Below, piece by piece: positions 23,715 through 28,629 of a stretch of DNA of 28,629 bases. The notes under the pieces are model-generated. The model searched no databases and was not told the origin of the DNA. It saw only the letters and a program-made list of their open reading frames with translations. The stretch is from an uncultured virus (IMG/VR IMGVR_UViG_3300031565_000011) (lineage: Duplodnaviria > Heunggongvirae > Uroviricota > Caudoviricetes), in IMG/VR virus record IMGVR_UViG_3300031565_000011. One strand, written 5' to 3'. Numbering within the stretch: position 1 is the first letter of the stretch; each line of letters opens with the position of its first letter. Made by a program: the position numbers and the translations under genes.

Positions 23715-25759
23715 TGCACTATAACGCTCAAATTTCTCTTACGTTTCACCACAACAACGTTTGGAATCTGACTCCGTAGTTCCGGCAAGTGGGAAATAAC
23801 AATCACGTTCCTAAATTTCTTTTGCAATGAATAGAGTAAGACAACCAATCGCTTTCTGGCTGGGCCATCTAATGAACTAAACACCTCATCCAAAAGTAAG
23901 AACTCGCAATTAACGCCAACCGACTCCGATGCTAACTCAGAAAGACCAAGACCCATTGCCATAACAATTGACTTCTTTTCCCCACCTGAGTAAGACTCGA
24001 AGTCGGCGGTTCCATTGGGTGTTGAAATTAGAATGTCTAACTTATCTCGATACTTCCCTGACTTAGTCATTGCTCCAGTTGTAAACTCAACCGTTATCGG
24101 CTCTGTAGTAAGAGCATCAAGATAACGGTTGGTTTTTTCATTTAAGACTGGCAGTACGTTTTCAACTACTATCTGTCTAAGCCCACCAGTCTTCGAGAAT
24201 ATATTATTAACAAATGACAGTCGACCAATCCTTCGTTCGGCAGACTCCCTTTTCTTTTCAAGATTGGCAATTACCTGGAGTTTTTCTCTAGCATCATTTA
24301 TCCCTTGTTCTATTGAACCAAGATTCGCTTCCTTGGTCGACACATGTCCTTGAATTTCCACCATACGTTCGTGAATCTGAGTAAGCCGCTCCTCCGTATA
24401 ACCTTCATCTTTTATCGTACCCAAGATCATTTGTTGCCTGGCGATCAGTCTTTGTTTCCCTTCAATCTCCAAGGTTAGTTTCTCTATTTCACTCTCTGAA
24501 TTCCTGGACATCATCCCTTCTTTAATCTTTGCCTCGATAGACTCTGGAAGTCCAAGCGACTCGATTGTCAGAATCTCTTTTTTTATTTTGACTAACTCAC
24601 TTTGTTTCTGTTCAATATTTTTTGTGAGTTGAGTTATCTTCACTTGAATCGATTCGGCTTCGTGCTCCACCTTCCCTATCAAAGCGCGTCTTGTCTGTTC
24701 ATCATATTCGCGGTTACATTCAATGCAACGCTTCTTTCTTTTTATCTGTTTAACTTTGATTCGACATCCCTTTATTAAACTCTTTGCGACAGCGAGATTC
24801 TCTCTTAATTCTGAAACTACTTCACCAAGTTCAACCCCTCTGTTTTTCAAGGTCGGAAGGTCTTCCCTTTTTTCAAGTATCTTTTCAAGTCTTTCCTCTA
24901 ACCGCTTTATATCTGATGGCTTTATCTTTACGGCCTTACGAAGGCGCTCAATCATTCTTGTCTTCTCGGCAATAGATTCCTTTGCCCTTTCCATTGCCGA
25001 AGAAGCCGAGGTGGCGCCATCCTTGAGACGCGATACCTTCTTGAATAGTTCGGAATAGTTCTCCAGTTTTTCCTTTGATTCTTGAAGGTCAGTTGCGATC
25101 TGTTCACGCAATTCTTCAAATCCCTTTATTTTTTTCTTAATGTCGAGCTTTGAAACCGATCCAAGTTTACCGTCGATCTCCTCCACCTCAAACCTAACAA
25201 GGGATAGTAGATTGCTAGATGAGTCAAGGCATTTGTCGAGAAACTCTATACCCAGGAATCTCGTTAATAAAGAAAGACGGTCACCTGAGCGAAGCGAAAC
25301 AATCCGCTGGATATCCTCCTGTCCGAACAAGACAGAATTTCTAAAGGCGTCGAAGTCAGTACCGATAATTTCTGATATCGCTTTGTTTCCTTCTTTTACT
25401 GACTTCGACGCCAAGACCTCACCAGTCGTAGTGCATTTGAAAGCAAAAATTGGAACTTTCCCTGTTACCGACTTACCGCGTTGAATTTCATACTCCTTAT
25501 CATTCTTCTCGAAACGCAAAATCACAGAGCCGAAATCCTGGCCCCTTCTAACTATTTCGGTATGGGTCTGACCCCAACGAATCGTTTTCTCGAAAAGGGC
25601 AAAACATACAGCATCAAAGATAGCTGATTTTCCGGCCCCGTTTGATCCGACCAGAAGCGTAAGCGGCGCTTTAGAAAAATCAAATGTATTTCCCTTGGTC
25701 CCGTACTTGAAACAGTTATTTATTTCGACTTCCATGAGCCGCATGCATTCTCTCCTCAA
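23711..25759 (-). CDS. sbcC: SbcC/Rad50 (T4 gp46-like) recombination ATPase
   Basis: Walker A GSNGAGKS, Q-loop FGQ, coiled coil with CIEC zinc hook, YSGGE signature, LLLDE Walker B, ISH. Confidence 0.93.
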   Translation of the reverse strand: MRRECMRLMEVEINNCFKYGTKGNTFDFSKAPLTLLVGSNGAGKSAIFDAVCFALFEKTIRWGQTHTEIVRRGQDFGSVILRFEKNDKEYEIQRGKSVTGKVPIFAFKCTTTGEVLASKSVKEGNKAISEIIGTDFDAFRNSVLFGQEDIQRIVSLRSGDRLSLLTRFLGIEFLDKCLDSSSNLLSLVRFEVEEIDGKLGSVSKLDIKKKIKGFEELREQIATDLQESKEKLENYSELFKKVSRLKDGATSASSAMERAKESIAEKTRMIERLRKAVKIKPSDIKRLEERLEKILEKREDLPTLKNRGVELGEVVSELRENLAVAKSLIKGCRIKVKQIKRKKRCIECNREYDEQTRRALIGKVEHEAESIQVKITQLTKNIEQKQSELVKIKKEILTIESLGLPESIEAKIKEGMMSRNSESEIEKLTLEIEGKQRLIARQQMILGTIKDEGYTEERLTQIHERMVEIQGHVSTKEANLGSIEQGINDAREKLQVIANLEKKRESAERRIGRLSFVNNIFSKTGGLRQIVVENVLPVLNEKTNRYLDALTTEPITVEFTTGAMTKSGKYRDKLDILISTPNGTADFESYSGGEKKSIVMAMGLGLSELASESVGVNCEFLLLDEVFSSLDGPARKRLVVLLYSLQKKFRNVIVISHLPELRSQIPNVVVVKRKRNLSVIVQ

Positions 25760-25788
25760 CTTATTTTATCACGGCAGTCAAGGTATCG

Positions 25789-26820
25789 CTAATTCTTCGT
25801 TGAAGAAGCCGCATCCCACACTTCCTTCACCAGCCGAAGGATTTCTTTACGATCCTTTTTAGAAGCAAAGTTAGTTATATATTCCCTTATATTGAATTTG
25901 AGTGACTTACGAAAGTCAATTCTCTTCGCTCTACGTCTTGGTATCGGGGCAACGTTCCAGGTTAACTTAATTATCTTCCCCCCGGCTTCTCTTATCTTTT
26001 CGGACACTGCTGGTAAGTCAATCTTACTTACCTCGTCCTTGCGACACTTTACTACTACTTTGAATATAGCCCCCTTAGTTATCTCCCCACGAATCCCATC
26101 TGGACCTACTTCAACCTGACACAATTCCTTATTTAGAACCGGGATACTTTCCATACCTTGGTCATTGAAGTAGAGAAATCTTTTCGACTCATTTCTCTCT
26201 CCGAAGTCGAGATAGTCGGGACTACCACAATAAATAACATTGCCCGCGCTCTGTGGTTTATGGATATGCCCCAACACGATATAGTCAGAGCGAATATTAT
26301 CACGAAGGAACCCACGACTGACCCCGGATGAGAGGGTGAAGTTCGACGGTCCGACCTTGACCCCGTCAACTGAGAAATGGCCAAAGACGAAATCGTAATC
26401 ACCCTCGAACTTCTTGATGATTCCATGAAGTCTATCCCGACCCTCGTCCATCTTCTTGGTATAAGGAATAAAGAGTACGTGATTACCACCCATTCTTATA
26501 ACTGAAGGTTTTGAGATTATCCTAATATTATCGCCAACGAGAGACTCGATAGGAGCAAGAGAAGTTGTTTTACCTCCAACATCATGGTTCCCATTGAGTA
26601 GAACGATCTTGGTAAATTGCGACGCTTTTTTAATAAGTAGATTGAATCGGGCACGAAGAATATTTGACACCATAAGGTGGTCGTAGATATCCCCTGCCAC
26701 TACCAAGTAGTCCGCCCCTTTGATCTTGGCGAAGGAGAAGACCTGCTCGATAGAATCAAAGCGGTCTACCCCTGGAAGCGACTCACCAATATGAAAGTCG
26801 GCGGAAGCAACAAGTTTCAT
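25789..26820 (-). CDS. sbcD: SbcD/Mre11 (T4 gp47-like) metallophosphoesterase nuclease
   Basis: ADFHIG, AGDIYD, GNHD, GH, LGHIHKPQ, YCGSP. Confidence 0.93.
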   Translation of the reverse strand: MKLVASADFHIGESLPGVDRFDSIEQVFSFAKIKGADYLVVAGDIYDHLMVSNILRARFNLLIKKASQFTKIVLLNGNHDVGGKTTSLAPIESLVGDNIRIISKPSVIRMGGNHVLFIPYTKKMDEGRDRLHGIIKKFEGDYDFVFGHFSVDGVKVGPSNFTLSSGVSRGFLRDNIRSDYIVLGHIHKPQSAGNVIYCGSPDYLDFGERNESKRFLYFNDQGMESIPVLNKELCQVEVGPDGIRGEITKGAIFKVVVKCRKDEVSKIDLPAVSEKIREAGGKIIKLTWNVAPIPRRRAKRIDFRKSLKFNIREYITNFASKKDRKEILRLVKEVWDAASSTKN

Positions 26821-26838
26821 TTCCTTTCCCCTTTCTTT

Positions 26839-27810
26839 CTACTTCGCATCGAGAAGATTGCCTGCCAGCGCTTCCATTGCATATCGCTTCTCCCCGTCCA
26901 GTTTTTCTCGAGCGGTTCGGGAAAGGCAATTGACTGCCATCCAGAAAGACTTGTCCTCCTGCCCCTCGAAGATTTCAGCAGCCCGTTCGGCCAACTTAAT
27001 AGAGAACTTGTATTTCGTTCTCAATTTTTCCGCCCAATTCTTGAAATCCTTTATTTGTTTCTGTCGAGCCTTTCCGATCACAGTAACGAATTCCTCGACC
27101 TTCCCAGGAAATCCACTCCCGAGCGCTGCTTCGATGGCGACTGCCATTTCCTCCTGGTCAACGATTACCCTGCCCGGTCGGAAGAAGCGCTTACCGCCAC
27201 TCATTGTCACGATCGTTGAGTCCGATTTATCACGAAAAGTAATGAAGTCGATGCGCAAACCCAGTTGCCCTATTTCCGAAAATGAAATGTGAAGTCCAGC
27301 CATGACCCCTTTGGTCCTGGCTTCGTCTTCGAAAAGGATGGGACTCTCCGGCAAGATCAGTCGGATATGCATCATTGAATCATCGAAGTAGGTCCAATCC
27401 CTGACGATTTTCTTTTCCTTGAAAAACAGCAGATTCTTCAAGATCTCCATGACTTGAACATTCGTCATGGGCGGATTAGTTCCAGGCATGATCCCGCGGA
27501 TGATTTTTTCTTTTGTTCTTAGAATCCACTTCGTGTCTTCTGGAAGAGTTGAAAGCCAATAGTTGATATTCGCCGAGCGTAGTTTAGGCGGACATCTTCG
27601 GATATAATCATCGTGAATATTTAACAACAAGCATAGCTGCTTGAAGGCCGGCTCGGTGAGAGCAAAGGCGGTCGCAGTTTCTGGACTTTTTCCCAACATA
27701 AGAGAGGGGAAGAGATCGATGGACGGATAAGATCGAATCCGTTTTGCCCTCCCAAGCATATCCTTGTTTCCCCTTGCTTCTTCCTTGACTTTCTTCAGAG
27801 TCGCTTCCAT
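26839..27810 (-). CDS. DUF932-like phage protein
   Basis: 323 aa; LT..AFKQLC, LRT...IRGI, GLHISFSEIG..LRI pattern; the usual RLVCxNG is degenerate (FRDKSDS). Confidence 0.55.
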   Translation of the reverse strand: MEATLKKVKEEARGNKDMLGRAKRIRSYPSIDLFPSLMLGKSPETATAFALTEPAFKQLCLLLNIHDDYIRRCPPKLRSANINYWLSTLPEDTKWILRTKEKIIRGIMPGTNPPMTNVQVMEILKNLLFFKEKKIVRDWTYFDDSMMHIRLILPESPILFEDEARTKGVMAGLHISFSEIGQLGLRIDFITFRDKSDSTIVTMSGGKRFFRPGRVIVDQEEMAVAIEAALGSGFPGKVEEFVTVIGKARQKQIKDFKNWAEKLRTKYKFSIKLAERAAEIFEGQEDKSFWMAVNCLSRTAREKLDGEKRYAMEALAGNLLDAK

Positions 27811-27843
27811 GTTTCTTCTCCTAATATCGCCATCATCAGATGG

Positions 27844-28629
27844 CTAAATTGCCGAAGTTATAAACTCCAAGGTTTGTGATACGAAGTCCGCCTTTGTTTT
27901 CTTTTCCTCAGCCAGCTTTGCCATGAATCCCTTTTCACCTTTTGCCTTTATGTCATGATATATATACGCTCCTCCTTTCCGTTTGATTATCTTGCCACGC
28001 TTAGCCCAGTGGAAAAGTTCTCGCCGTCTATCAATCCCTATCCCGAATACGATATAAAACTCCGCTGTACTAAATGGAGTACATATCTTTGACTTCACCA
28101 CCTTAGCAAAGGTCCAGTTAGCAACAAACTTACCATGTTCCTTTTTTGTCTGACGGCGCTTAATCTCTATCCTTACTGATGCCCAAAACTTCAGAGCCTT
28201 TCCGCCTGGAGTAGTGGTCCCGCCCATAGAAAAACCAATGCCTATTTTCGATCGCTGCTGATTTACGAAAACTACCAGGACTCCCATGGTACTAGCAAGT
28301 CCTGATATCTGTCGAAGAGCACTTGACATCAAGCGGGCCTGTAGGGCGACTGTAATATCCTCCAACTCACCGTCGAGTTCTTTTTTAGGAACCAGGGCAG
28401 CAACGCTATCAATAACAATAAGTTTCACGTCTCCGCTTTTTACTAGTCTTTTTACTATGCCGAGTGCCTGCTCACCATAGTCGGGCTGTGACAATAATAA
28501 GTCACCGAGATTCACTCCGATTTTCCTTGCATACTTTGGATCGAGCGCATGTTCGGCATCAACGAATGCAGCAAGATGCCCAGCCTTCTGCGCGTTGGCC
28601 AGTAGGTGTAGGACGAGCGTGGTCTTGCC
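27844..28629 (-). CDS. recA: RecA/UvsX recombinase (5' partial)
   Basis: Frame open to the window edge: GKTT Walker A, FVDAEHALDP, SQPDYGEQAL, IVIDSVAALVP, QARLMS, TTPGGKALKF. Confidence 0.95.
   Translation of the reverse strand, partial: GKTTLVLHLLANAQKAGHLAAFVDAEHALDPKYARKIGVNLGDLLLSQPDYGEQALGIVKRLVKSGDVKLIVIDSVAALVPKKELDGELEDITVALQARLMSSALRQISGLASTMGVLVVFVNQQRSKIGIGFSMGGTTTPGGKALKFWASVRIEIKRRQTKKEHGKFVANWTFAKVVKSKICTPFSTAEFYIVFGIGIDRRRELFHWAKRGKIIKRKGGAYIYHDIKAKGEKGFMAKLAEEKKTKADFVSQTLEFITSAI

Noticed and set aside
197..28480. All plus-strand ORFs in the track
   Set aside because: Almost all are antisense shadows of recognisable minus-strand genes; none shows a family motif.
1..28629. 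Stop-codon reassignment
   Set aside because: Conserved genes are intact in code 11 and use TAA, TAG and TGA as stops; no suppressor tRNA is present.

Overview
A 28.6 kb segment of a large tailed dsDNA bacteriophage (Caudoviricetes, standard genetic code, AGGAGG-type RBSs). Essentially every real gene lies on the minus strand. In transcription order (right to left): (1) a recombination/replication module: RecA (partial), DUF932-like, Mre11/SbcD, Rad50/SbcC, RuvC-like resolvase, NYN-domain protein, 5'-3' exonuclease; (2) terminase small and large subunits, with no portal gene next to them; (3) an accessory block of small ORFs, three DNA methyltransferase-like genes (one split by a -1 frameshift at an A7 run), a complete tmRNA, a tRNA-Ile2(CAU), a ribosomal bL12-like domain protein, and DUF1937, DUF2284 and DUF488-like proteins; (4) a ~0.9 kb repeat-rich non-coding stretch; (5) GroES, a GIY-YIG nuclease, and a run of virion/tail-fibre-like genes that continues off the left edge. 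The strongest unexplained signal is a set of GC-rich, minus-strand-folding, apparently non-coding RNA elements: a dense ~1.1 kb cluster around the tmRNA (13601-14674) and more elements at 16539-16610 and 17273-17537. The tmRNA also encodes an unusually long, basic, non-LAA tag. Together these suggest a phage ncRNA/translation-control locus. All folds were derived by eye and no database searches were run.
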